Shown piece after piece: positions 53,112 through 64,000 of a stretch of DNA of 64,000 nucleotides (the stretch's first letter is position 1; every line of letters begins with the position of its first letter). The notes beneath the pieces were generated by a model, which did no database searches, was not told the origin of the DNA, and worked only from the letters and a program-made list of their open reading frames with translations. The DNA is from Podarcis gaigeae. Taxonomy: Eukaryota. The DNA lies in NCBI GenBank assembly GCA_964106915.2, contig OZ066915.1, one strand, 5' to 3'. A program made the position numbers and the translations under genes.

Positions 53112-53189
53112 GGACTTGCCTAAGATCCAGGACAAATTCCCCCAGGACCTCAATTCCGCCTTTGAAATCCTGGACATATGGCAGCCCTA
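53013..53189. mobile_element. hAT-type MITE with internal (CTAT)n
   Basis: TIRs TAGGGTTGCCATAT/ATATGGCAGCCCTA; perfect 8-bp TSD ACATTAGT (53005-53012, 53190-53197). Confidence 0.92.
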
Positions 53190-55185
53190 ACATTAGTTTG
53201 GTAGGACCTACACTCACTTTGTAGCCTTCTGGAAACCAGTTCTGTGTATAAAGATACACATAGGCTTGCTAAAACTTCAGAACCTTTGAAAACTATGCGC
53301 CTTTAGCTATTTTTATTTTAAAGCTACAAACATCATGGTGTAGTGATACTTTGATCTTTGTCAAAGGCTTGCCAGCAGCTTCCCTTCATGCAGGAATTCT
53401 CATTATGTATCATAACACAGGCTCTGGTTCAGCAAAGTAGTCCTTTCAAAAGCTAGCAGGTGTGCTTCATACATAGTAGTCAAGATTTGGGTGTGTCAGG
53501 CAAAATGAGTCAATGCAGGAAAAACAATCAGACCAGAAATAATTAATCAGCGCAGCTGTTCAAGAAGTTCATCAGTCACAGATTGCCTTTGGAGCAAACC
53601 CTTTCAAAAGTGTATTCAGTGTGTAAGTGTAAGGGTGATGTTGTGTGCAATTTTGTGCATCCTTTGTGCAAATAATGTAAGCTGCTCCCTCCCCCCCATA
53701 TTTTATTTAAAGGGCAAGAGAGTTAAATGAGTAACAGATGACTTACATAAAACATACAGGGTTTTCAGTCATTCTCAGTACAAACAAAGACAAGAGAAGA
53801 ATACCAAATGAGAGATAAACCACAGAAAAAGTCAGTCTTGCATTTCAAAATGCATGTGGAATTCAAGCAGGCATCGAGCAAGACTTGGATAAAGAAGGGG
53901 GCACCTTTGGGCTGAATGCCAAACTCAGATGGTTCTCAATCAGGATATCAGTTCCATGCAATATTTGTTGTTGGCTCAAGTAGTGGGCACAATTCATACA
54001 CTGAAAAAAATTACGCTTCAATTCTTTTATAACTTTTATGTTGGCAAAGCTTTGTAACAAATTCAGGCCTTACTTACACATCATCGTCATATGTTTTCTA
54101 TTTCTATTCCCTTTTTTTGTTTGCTTCTGCTGGTTAATATAATCGTGCACATTTACAGAATGGTGTTTTGCATCCCCCCACATCTAATCTGACCTTGGTA
54201 ATGGTACCTAACAGATATATGGCCATCACCTGACTTCTGTTTGGGTTCAGCCTCATATGAGCACTGAATTGATTTTATGAATAAGGGCTTCTCTTTTATC
54301 TATTTCAAAGGTGGATGCATTTTCAAATGTTTACCTGACGTTTTATCTTGCATATGCATAGTCGAAATTGTTTGTTTATGCTGTGTATGTGTGGGGAGCT
54401 TGAAACATGAACCCCTTCTGCCTCCTGAAAAATCTGGCTAGTCAACTTTCTTAATTAATTTTTTTACGCACATGCTTAAAAAGGATTTATGTTGGTTAAC
54501 ATTGGTGGCATCAAACCTAAAGAAACAGCGAAGCCAGAGCAGCATAGTTTCACATGAGCAATTCAATACATTTCCCCCCCTTGTATGCACCTTGCTGTGC
54601 ATTATCTAGGCATGCCGGTCATTTAATGAACACTATCTGAACCACAATCATTTTTTACCTAGGTAGATCTTTCAGCTTCTGTGATTTTGTATTATGTGGG
54701 AGGGGTGTGTGAAACATTTGACTATTGAAGTGAATTGACTTTGAATATGTAAATAGGCTCCCCAAACACACATATTGTCAGCATGAAGCATGCAAATGAG
54801 ACCTGCATGTTCTCTTTCCAAGGCTTCCTAGGAGGTAAATATTTGTAAGATTTGCCTTGTTTGCTTTATTTCATTCACGTTTAGCAGCACAGTGTTTTAT
54901 CTATACTAGAAGAGCTGGCCTTTTCCACTTCAAGGCATCTATTAATATGTATGAAGTCATTGAACATCTTATTGCAATAAAACATTTTTAAACTTCTGAG
55001 CCTTGGAGTTCTTCAGGAGATAACATCTAAGTCCTACTAATAACTTTTTGCTAATTCCCAACTGTTTCTAAAATGTAAAGTAAAAGCTATCACATGTGCA
55101 GACTGATATACAGGAGACTGAAAATATGTGGAGCCCAGAAAGCAGTAATTCTGATACAATGTTAATTTCTGACTAATTTAGCCTG

Positions 55186-55270
55186 GGTGGAAGACAGGAG
55201 TGCCTGGCGTGCTCTGGTCTATGGGGTCACGAAGAGTCGGACACGAATAAACGACTAAACAACAACAACA
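55186..55270 (+). mobile_element. RTE-BovB LINE 3' end
   Basis: GCCTGGCGTGCT...ATGGGGTCACGAAGAGTCGGACACGA...ACGACTAAAC followed by (AAC)n, the BovB 3' terminal signature. Confidence 0.85.
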
Positions 55271-55409
55271 AAAATTTAGACTGTATTTTGTACCACGATT
55301 ATAATAGCCTCTCATTAGAAATGCTGTTAGGTACAGAGTCTCTGGGAAATTTAGTGCCTTGACCCACAAGAAAAGAAAGAGTAGCAAAAATGAATTGCAA
55401 AAAGGCTTT

Positions 55410-55552
55410 ACAGTCACACTTCTCTGAAGTCTCTCAGCCCCACTCACCCCATAGAGTGTTTGTTGTGGGGAGGAAGGGAAAGGAGGTTGTGAACCGCTTT
55501 GAGACTCCTTAGGGTAGTGATAAAGCGGAATATCAAATCCAATCCAAATCCA
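55410..55552 (+). mobile_element. squamate SINE 3' half (L2-like tail) with (AATCC)n end
   Basis: CTCTCAGCCCCACTCACC...TGTGAACCGCTTTGAGACTCCTTAGGGTAGTGATAAAGCGG stem-loop and short repeat tail. Confidence 0.6.
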
Positions 55553-56719
55553 AATTAAGTTCTTAACCCGAGGTACCACTGTAGTTTAGCAAGGATGCAT
55601 GTTGCAGAATACCTTATAAGAGCAATAGACGTCATCAAACTTCTGGGAATCAATAATGTGCATTTCCAAACTCCCCAAATAGCTCTGACTCTTTAATTCT
55701 ATCCTCTGTGTATTCAGACCCATGCAGACCTTAAAAACTGCTTGTCATATGGCAGTGCAGAATTTAAGATGACACCTACAAACAAACACACCAGGCCCTC
55801 CAAAAAACTACACATATACCGCCACCAACCTTGAGCTATGAAAAACAACCTTTTTGAGGCTTTCAGACTGATAAACAAGAAATGTGTAGTTGTCATTTAT
55901 GTGTCAAATTGCCCAAAGAACACAAAGGCATAGAGCGAACTAATGGCATGTCTTGTACAACCTTGACAAAAAGAAGGTTAATGAGAATTCTAAAAATATA
56001 ATGTAAAAAATAATGTGCAATAATCCGAGTAGAGCCTACAGGGAACCAGAATAAGCCATAGTTCAACTTGCTTACAACTTTCATCACCTTTTGGGAAATA
56101 TCCTTCAAATGCCACCGTATATCTTCTTTGAATGTATCATTTGGAAATATTCAGCTGTACCACACTGGAATTCTTCACCACAGAGATAAGAACAACAGCA
56201 GTAAAAATGAAATATTAAAAATGGAGACACTTACAAGATTCCTGGTATCTCCGCAAAATGTGGCTGTATGCACATTTAGTATTGCCGCCACATAGGACCA
56301 ACAAAATGAAATTGTGCAATCTCAGTTAACATGAAACACTCCCTTTTGTTTTTTAATCTGATTCTCATAAACCTGCGTAAAAGTGGTGGCTTGTGCCCAC
56401 TGGAACTGGTAGGTCATAAGGAAGGAGACAAATAGTAGATGGAGTTAGAGTCAATGACAGACAGAACCAAGTAATTTTATCCCCATCTTCCTCCGTGCTG
56501 ATCTCTACAAATGGACTGGATGTAAGTAAGGAAGCAAACAGCAGAGGACTGGCAGCAGTTGGCAAGGCAAAGCCCCATTTGTCCTAATGGACCACCCTCC
56601 ACAGCTACTAATATAGGAAAGAATGATATCACTGTGGTGAAGGGGCAGGATTTAAAAAAACCCAAAGCCAGGAATTGAAGCTGAACCAACAAAGCGTGTT
56701 CTCCTTCATGGAGAGCACG

Positions 56720-57481
56720 TGTTGCGGTGGGGGCCGCCAGGACACTCCAAAGTTGGGGGCGGGCTAACTGATCGTTGGCCACTGATGCGATTGGGGCTTC
56801 CCTTGTTGTTGGGAAGAAATTAATGTTGCCATTTATTGATTGACAGCCAGAAATGCTAAAACTCCTTGCACGAGGCTAGGGCTTCCTCTTTTCGCCCGTG
56901 CAGCGGATTGCCCGTCCCTCCCTCCCTAGAATAGGGTTGTTCGCTTTGACCTTGCTATGCCTGTCATGGGGTCGTCTGCTTTGGAGCGGGGGCCTGGTAG
57001 GAATTTTGTCCATCTGGCTGATTGGCTGGGGCCATTTGGTTTTTGCCTACTGCGTAGCAAATCGTCACAACTTGTAAGGTTGTGGTTAGGCATTGGTTTA
57101 TGGTTTGGTTGGTTGAGGGGCATGGATTGGCTGTGCCTGCCCCTCTAATGCTGCTGCTGCAAGGGATTCCGTTAAAGGAATTGGGGGCTAACTATTGCTT
57201 GTCCACTCTGTCAAGGGGGCTCGGGCCATAGCAATGAGCTCCTGGTTGCATTTGGGGTGAGGGCAGGTTCCCTGCTCCGCGTAACCCCCAAGTGTATTCC
57301 CCCATTCTGACTTTCGCATCGTGCGGAATGTCAGTCTGTCCCCGCTGGGGGCAGATAGCCGCAACCAATGCCTAAGCAACCACTCACAAATTTGTATTTT
57401 AATAAAGTTGTGGCCAAAATTATGCCAAAAACCTTAAACAAAAATTCTGTGTGATGGACCTGGGGACCTCGACACGCAACA
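56720..57481 (+). mobile_element. LTR-like element (probable solo LTR), copy B
   Basis: TGTTGCG...CGCAACA 7-bp inverted termini, AATAAAGTTGTGGCC at 57401, CpG-rich, core homologous to copy A; no TSD found. Confidence 0.7.
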
Positions 57482-57563
57482 AATAGATTGGTTCATTCAT
57501 GAAGTAGTAGAAACAGAGAGCAGAAGTGATCAAGGTCTGCATTCCAGAGAGGCCTATAGACCC

Positions 57564-57944
57564 GGGCACGGGTGGAGCTGTGCTCTAAACCACTGAGCCT
57601 CTTGGGCTTGCCAATCAGAAGGTTGGCAGTTTAAATCCCGCGACGGGTGAGCTCTGGTTGCTTTGTCCCAGCTCCTGCCAACCTAGCAGTTTGAAAGCAC
57701 GCCAGTGCAAGTAGATAAATAGGTACCGCTGTAGTGGGAAGGTAAACGGCATTTCCATGCACTTTGGTTTGCATCACGGTGTTCTGTTGTGCCAGAAGCT
57801 GTTTAGTCATGCTGGCCACGTGACTTAGAAAGCTGTCTGTGGACAAACACCGGCTCCCTCAGCCTGAAAGCGAGATGAGCACCACAACCCCATAGTCATC
57901 TTTGACTGGACTTAACCGTCCAGGGGGCATTTACCTTTTACCTT
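57564..57944 (+). mobile_element. Sauria (Squam1) SINE, older/longer subfamily
   Basis: Head GGGTGGAGCTGTG, TTTACCTTTTACCTTT tail, TSD TAGACCCGG. Confidence 0.9.
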
Positions 57945-57955
57945 TAGACCCGGAA

Positions 57956-58100
57956 CAGGGACCCTGTGGCTGTCCAGGAGTTGCTGAAGTGCAACTGCCA
58001 TCATTCTGACCATTGGTCATAATGGCTAGGGCTAATGGTGGGAGCTGGGAGTCCAACCTCATCCAGGAGGTTGTGTGGGCAAGGGCTTCCTATCACTGCA
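57956..58100. mobile_element. degenerate hAT-type palindromic MITE
   Basis: CCATCATTCTGACCATTGGTCATAATGGCTAGGGCTAATGGTGGGAGCTGGGAGTCC, similar to 39110-39243. Confidence 0.5.
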
Positions 58101-58203
58101 GTAGACTTTTTACACATGTAGACTTCACACATGCAGATCCATTACACATATACATGTGTGCCTCCATCACAAAATGAATGCATCAACAAGCACTGATTTG
58201 CTT

Positions 58204-58308
58204 CTAATGAAATGAAAGCTTGTGCCATAACCATTTTGTTAGTCTAAGTATTATGTGGCTCTCTCTTGTTTTGCCGCAACAGACTAACCTAGCTGTCCTC
58301 TTGGAAAT
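58204..58308 (+). mobile_element. old Penelope-like pseudo-LTR remnant with decayed hammerhead
   Basis: GAAAGCTT...GTTAGTCT...TTGTTTTG...CAGACTAAC..GCT is collinear with the minus strand of 17250-17378. Confidence 0.55.
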
Positions 58309-59294
58309 ATCATAAAGCATCTCTGATCAACCGTGGAACTTTAACATCACCTCAAATATCACAGTTCTAGACATTTAGCTCATCATATAACATATGAATA
58401 TGATTACCATTTGAATATTATATTCAGCTTATCACATGAAAGTGTGTAGGTGTTTTCAGAGCTGGCCTTATTAAAGGGGTCGGATGGGGGGGAGTAGAGG
58501 GGTAAAGATTGTTTCTCCAGAATTTCCATATTAAGCATATGAAAATATGTTGTAATTTTGGATGAAAAAGGCAGTTAAAAAGTAAGCATGCTTCTCCTTT
58601 ATTATATGATTTTGAACCTGCCTCTAATAAAAAACAAAACAAGCTTCTCTAGATCAATTTACTGAAATCATTGTGAGTTGTACATCAATTTCATTATAGT
58701 ACTTTAGAAGTTTTTGAAGTTTTGTGGCAGAGCCATCCATTGTGGCAAAGTTTTGCAAGGCGATGATGGATCATAAAAAATCACAGAAAGGTGCTTTGCG
58801 ATATATGGCCCATTTCACACAAGGGACATATGTCTCTTCTTTTGGGAGTTCAGCCGTGAAATAGCAGGAGATGTACAGCTTGAAAAGTATATAAGAAATT
58901 GCCATTGAACTACTGGTTAATATTTTAGTTAGCGTGTTCTCAAACTGTGAAATAAAGGTTAGCGGTAGCCATTGTGTGGTTGTTCAATTAGAGGAACTCA
59001 TCAAAAATAAGAAATTATGTAAATTACAAAATTGGGAAGATGCTAATATGAACATTTATACCCATATCTTTCTCCAAAGTGCCTAAAGAGTAACCAGGGA
59101 TTAAAGGAATCTCTACTAATTATTATTTTTCCACACCTGTGCCCTGTTTGCCTTTCAAAAAGCTCAGAACACTTTGCATATGCCATCACAGCAGTCCTAG
59201 TAGTGCTCAGGGTCAAACTGCCTGCTTCTGAATACTAGTTAATGGTGAACATGAGTGAGGAGGTTCGAATGTGATGCTCACGCCTTGCTTGCAG

Positions 59295-59390
59295 GCTTCT
59301 ATAGGCATTTGGTAGGCCACTGTGAGAACAGGATGTTGCACTAAATCAGCTTTTGGTCTGGTCCAGCAGGGCTCTTCCTATGTTCTTAAG
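59295..59390 (+). mobile_element. CR1-type LINE 3' end
   Basis: GGCCACTGTGAGAACAGGATG...TTGGTCTGGTCCAGCAGGGCTCTTCCTATGTTCTTA terminus. Confidence 0.65.
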
Positions 59391-59458
59391 CATATTTTTA
59401 CCAATTACACTTGTACTTTGAGAACATTCAGACTCTGTATGCTACTAATTCTTAAAAC

Positions 59459-59603
59459 CAGTGCTTTCTTTTCCTTTAAAAAAATGTTTAGGGGTATTCT
59501 TGTTTTCCTACTCATATTGAAATACTGCCCATCAATGAGGCCAAACTTAGATTCACAAAATGTTTAGGGGTATGCATACCGCTGCGTACCCCCAGAAAAA
59601 AGC
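59459..59603. mobile_element. hAT-like MITE remnant
   Basis: CAGTGCTTT start, duplicated AAAATGTTTAGGGGTAT motif, GGGGTATGCA...GCGTACCCC hairpin, AAAAAAGC end. Confidence 0.5.
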
Positions 59604-59759
59604 TTAAAAGATTAGTTGATTTCACCACTCCAATGTTATGACAATGTTCTCTGCAACTGGTGTAGTGTTTTGTCTAAGACTCTGATCTCTGGTCAGATAA
59701 ATTCCTGGTTCAGCTCTTCCTTCCACCAACCAATCTTTGGAAAGTTACCGGTATTTTCT

Positions 59760-60046
59760 TTTAGCTTCACATCAGCAATATGGGGGCAACAATATTGATC
59801 TACCTTGTAGGATTGTTGTTAGAATTGCTCTGAAGAATCTGAAGTGAGATAGATGATAGATAGTTAGATAGTTAATAGATAGACCTAGATAGATAGATGA
59901 TAGATAGAGAGATGATAGAGATAATAAGCATAGCCATTCTATTTTCTGTCTACAGAATCTAGTTGCCTGCATATCTTTTCTATGAACCACCCTGAGACCT
60001 CCGGGTATAAGGTTGTATATAAATTCAATAAATAATAGTAATAATA
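59760..60046 (+). mobile_element. MIR/CORE-like SINE remnant interrupted by (GATA)n
   Basis: CTACCTTGTAGGATTGTTGTTAGAATT core, GATA repeats at 59848-59920, L2-like tail ending in AAT repeats. Confidence 0.45.
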
Positions 60047-63000
60047 CCAATGCAACTCCAAACTATGTGTACCCGCAGGGGAAAAATTAAAAAACATATA
60101 CTGTTGGGAGAATGTTGTTTTATTTTCTCTTCCAGTTGACACCTAAATCACTACTTAAGCAAGATTGGGTTTTCTACTTTTGTAAAATTGGTTCTTAGCA
60201 GGCACACAATTAATTTTAAAGATCAATGTATTTTTTAATTACCAGTTGTTTGTTTATGCCTAAAGCCAGTATAATTTAAAAACTGTTGATAAATGGGGGT
60301 CATGTAAAAGTGGACAAGTATTGATAACTCTTCCAACATCATTTGTATAGCTAAGACATGTACATAAATTTACATGGACAAAGGAGTGTGTAAGTGACAT
60401 AGCATGGTGTACATAAGTGATAAACCATGACATAGTGATCAGAGGACTAACCACCATAGGCTGCCCCACTAGCAAAAATTCTGTTATATGTAAGCTCCCA
60501 TATGGGAGTGAATACAGTAGTCAAGGATGGCAGAAAAGGAATGCACATAGGTGGTCGAACTGTTTCTCGGGTATATATTGACTAAAAATTAGACATGTAA
60601 ACTTTTTATGACTTTTTATGACGTAGGCAATCAAGTTCAAACTAATGAACAGTCTATGGAATGAGGTGGCCTTGCATTGCAATTAATAACCCCTGAAAGT
60701 GGCACGGTACAACTTGTGCGCTTCCTAGACACTAATTTCATATTGTAAGAAAAGATCAAATGTATTTTCAGACTTGGCTAAAACCAATTTATTAAAGGCA
60801 GAGACACATGAATATGGCAAAGGGGATTAGCTGTGGTTGCTTTGTTTTGGAACTAAAACAATTTGTAAAGCATTTCTGTATGGGTTTCAGTCACAATTCA
60901 TCCATTTTTTTCCTCCCAGACATTTAGTGTAGACCCGTAATGTGTTGAACTGCATTTTGCTTGTTCTTGTTCTTTTTGCAGATTTTAATATTGTTCAACA
61001 TGAAGCAACTGGATGCATAAAAACTGACTCTTAGTGGAATAAAACATTGCCCAGACCCATTAGATATTATTCAAAACTTTACTTGGAGACTTTACTTTCT
61101 TCAAATAATACATCCAAATAATACCATACAATATCTTGTGCATGTTCAGCACAGGCTCAGCATCTTATAAACAGACCTAGAAGCAAGGGTCTCTATCCTT
61201 ACAGCCTCCATTTTGCCTGGAGCTGGATTCACTCTCAGAGAGGCTCATGTACAAAGCCTGGGAACAAAGACTAAAGGCAACTCTCTTGTTTGCCACAAAC
61301 CTTAATTTTAAAACTGTTCATAGTTAAGTCGGGCTTTTCTGCATATATATTCAGTAGTGGACAGCAGTGTGGAGCAGCAGCACTTGACTGACTCACAGTG
61401 GGTGGGTCACTGTTGCTTACCCAGAGGCACAGTGGGAGGAGCAAGGTGGTGGGGGAGGTCAATGCTGTTAGAATGCAGCAGTAGAGCCAATATGACACTC
61501 CTGCTAGGGTGTTTGCACAGCACCAATCTCCCTGTGGCTCCTCCCACTCTCCCAGTAAGTGGCAGCAACTCTGCTGCCAGGAAGTCGAGTAAATGCCATC
61601 TGCTTTTGTGTGTGTGTCGTTTCATTGGCTGCCAGTAGTTTTGTTCCATAACTGTTTACTCTGAATTAAATGTTGCTTGTTCAGTTATTTTTGTAAATAC
61701 AGGGATTTTAAATGCATTGGATTGGCAAATAGATAAACTGACCTTGTTTTTAAACAATCTCTCCTATTAAATAGGCTGTGAAATGGAATACAGTCAGTTT
61801 CCAAGAGCATTTTGCACAAAAGATTTTCATTGAATATGCTCAGAAAGTAACTTTTGCATTTCCCCTCGTCCTGGAAAGGGCATATAACTCAACAGTATTT
61901 TGTGTGCTGGCTATTATTTCTCCCTGTGGTGCTTTTTATTAGAGTGGGAGGTTCTACTTGTTTGGCACACCCAGAGTAAATACCTATCGGTGATCTTACA
62001 GCAACTGCTACAAGGTTTGTTTGTCTCCTGACGTATGACTCCCAAGAGTGTATCCTTTCTATTTCAGCAGTGCATGCTTTAATTCAGGCATGGGGAGAAC
62101 ATCTACAGGTTAGCAAATTATGAAAGGTATTCCTGTTGGCATCCATCTGTCTCAAGAGACAATGGATTGTGCCTCTGGGGGTGAAGCCAAATTGCTGCAT
62201 TAGCAAGCCTAAGCAGTGTGTATGGAGATCTTGGGCTGCCCAAAAGCCCCACTGATGTTGTCCAAATGAAAGCATACTGTATAGGTATAGGCATAGGTGT
62301 TAACTAAACTATCACCCTTGACTTTATTTACCTATTATTGGTTCCATCAATGACAGACAACATTGTATGGGAGTGTAGGGCTCAGTAGTACAGTGAATAC
62401 TTTCCATGCAGAGGAAGGACAGTTCAGTCTAGCATCACAATTTTTAAGAAAGCATATTGTGGTAGCAGGGGTAGCAAACCTTGGTCTGACATCTTGGAGA
62501 GTTAGTAGCTGCTAGAATCAACATTACCTGCTAAGAAACCTGATTTATCTATTCAACCCTTGTCCAAAAACATAGCTTACTTTACTAACACCTCTGGGTA
62601 AAAGGTTGACCCCTTAGAAATAGCTTGTTCTCACTAATTGGAAAATGATCTCATGACTTGCACCTGTGCTGAGTCTTCAGCAACAATGGCAGTTAACTAA
62701 TCAAAAGATACCTCAGCTGTGAGACAGAAGGCTCTCTCTCAAGTTTTGGAAGGTTACAGCTTGCTTGTACCTTGATTGGGTAGGAAGGCTTAGCTCAGTA
62801 CCTAGGCCAAACTTTTTCTTTTCTTGTCTGGTGCCTCACACTTTGATTTCTGACACCTCTGGTTATGTTTCTATGCAGTCCGTTGCTCTGAATGGTTTAT
62901 ATTAGAGCCGGGTAAGTTATCTTTATTGGTTTTTGCTCAGTTTTGGCATTAACAAATGTACTCCTAACTATTTTCTCACTGGTACACAGTTTCTTTCTAT

Positions 63001-63311
63001 GCTGCTTTTAAAAAATCATTTTAAATCCATATCTTCAACTCTTGTGTATTTTCTCAGTGAAAGCCTTGGCGCTGAGTCCAATTATCTTGGCCTCTTGGTC
63101 AAACTGCTACTATGGAGCTTTCGTGGGCCTGAGGCTCAAGGACAGGAAGCCTGGTTTTTAGTTTTGGTAGCTGTGAATCTCAGCTGACATCTGGTAACAT
63201 CTGGGAGCCTCCTGACCCAAACTGTGTTTTACCTTGCAGGGTTGGTTCTTGATTCTGGTTACCTGGCAAATGAACAAGGGCTGGTTCCCAGGGTTTGGGG
63301 ACCCCAGTAAC

Positions 63312-63312
<1 letters not shown>

Positions 63313-63350
<38 letters not shown>
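63313..63350. repeat. (CA)n microsatellite
   Basis: Seen directly. Confidence 0.95.
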
Positions 63351-63353
<3 letters not shown>

Positions 63354-64000
63354 CTTTAAATAGTATGATCTACACGGGCTTTTGCCTTGGAGAAACCAAA
63401 CTGGTAATTAGAAATGTTAAAATAGACTACAGTCTGATAATAGCAAAGGAATTTAAAGCAATATTTAAAGGAAAAAACCAAGTGCACTAGTCACCCATTA
63501 TATAGTAATCAGTATGTTGGGAAAGAGAATAAGTACTCGCATGTGAAAGTAGCAGAAGGCAGATTATTAGTCAGTTACATTATACAACCCACAGGAATCT
63601 GGTATGTGTTTTCAAGCAGGAAACATTGGCCCTTGTGTACATTCAGAAAATCATAAATAACAAAAGGGCATTTCTCTTCCTTAGAAGTGTGAGTTATGAG
63701 GTACAATTGCTGTTCACCTTTCACTGCTTGTTGAAAACTTATCCATTCACTCAAGCCTTTGTGTGGACTGATGCGATACATGTTTTAGAAATTGACTGCT
63801 GCTGCTTGTTAATGAAATACAGTTGGCTGCCAGTTGTGCAAATATTTAGTTGAGTCCAGCCATTATGTTTTGTGTTTGTAAGGAGTCTTTGCCCTCTTTT
63901 GTGTGGTTGCTTTTCAGTTATTTATAGCGTGTTATCATGTCCCCCTCAGTCCTCTTCTCTCATAAAAGGCCTGTTGCCCACATTAAATGTTTTGTTTGCA

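Noticed and set aside
1-64000. Neighbouring SPOCK1 exons (expected DPCLKVKC... upstream and CKLEFHAC... downstream)
   Set aside because: Not found by eye or in the ORF track; they probably lie outside the window. TBLASTN with a SPOCK1 protein would settle this.

Overview
AT-rich vertebrate genomic DNA, most likely from a lacertid lizard (inferred from Sauria/Squam1 SINEs, a BovB tail and squamate-type MITEs). The window appears to be almost entirely intronic. I can support one coding exon: a 133-bp internal exon of SPOCK1 (testican-1; start of the Kazal domain) at 24544-24676 on +. Nearly all other ORF-track entries are spurious or TE-derived. The rest is a TE landscape: 5 Sauria SINEs with TSDs, Tigger/pogo- and hAT-type MITEs, L2/CR1/BovB fragments, two related LTR-like elements and microsatellites. 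Main points of interest: (1) a perfect 240-bp-arm palindrome (6500-6987) that looks like an inverted Penelope-like pseudo-LTR inserted in a (TA)n tract, with a minimal hammerhead ribozyme motif in each arm; (2) a second, different Penelope-like fragment with a clean minimal hammerhead (17341-17378, -); (3) two diverged LTR-like elements sharing a conserved, apparently structured core with a compensatory base-pair change; (4) a MITE built from serial hairpins; (5) a perfect 140-bp tandem duplication with a templated junction. All family names come from motif recognition by eye; no database search was run.
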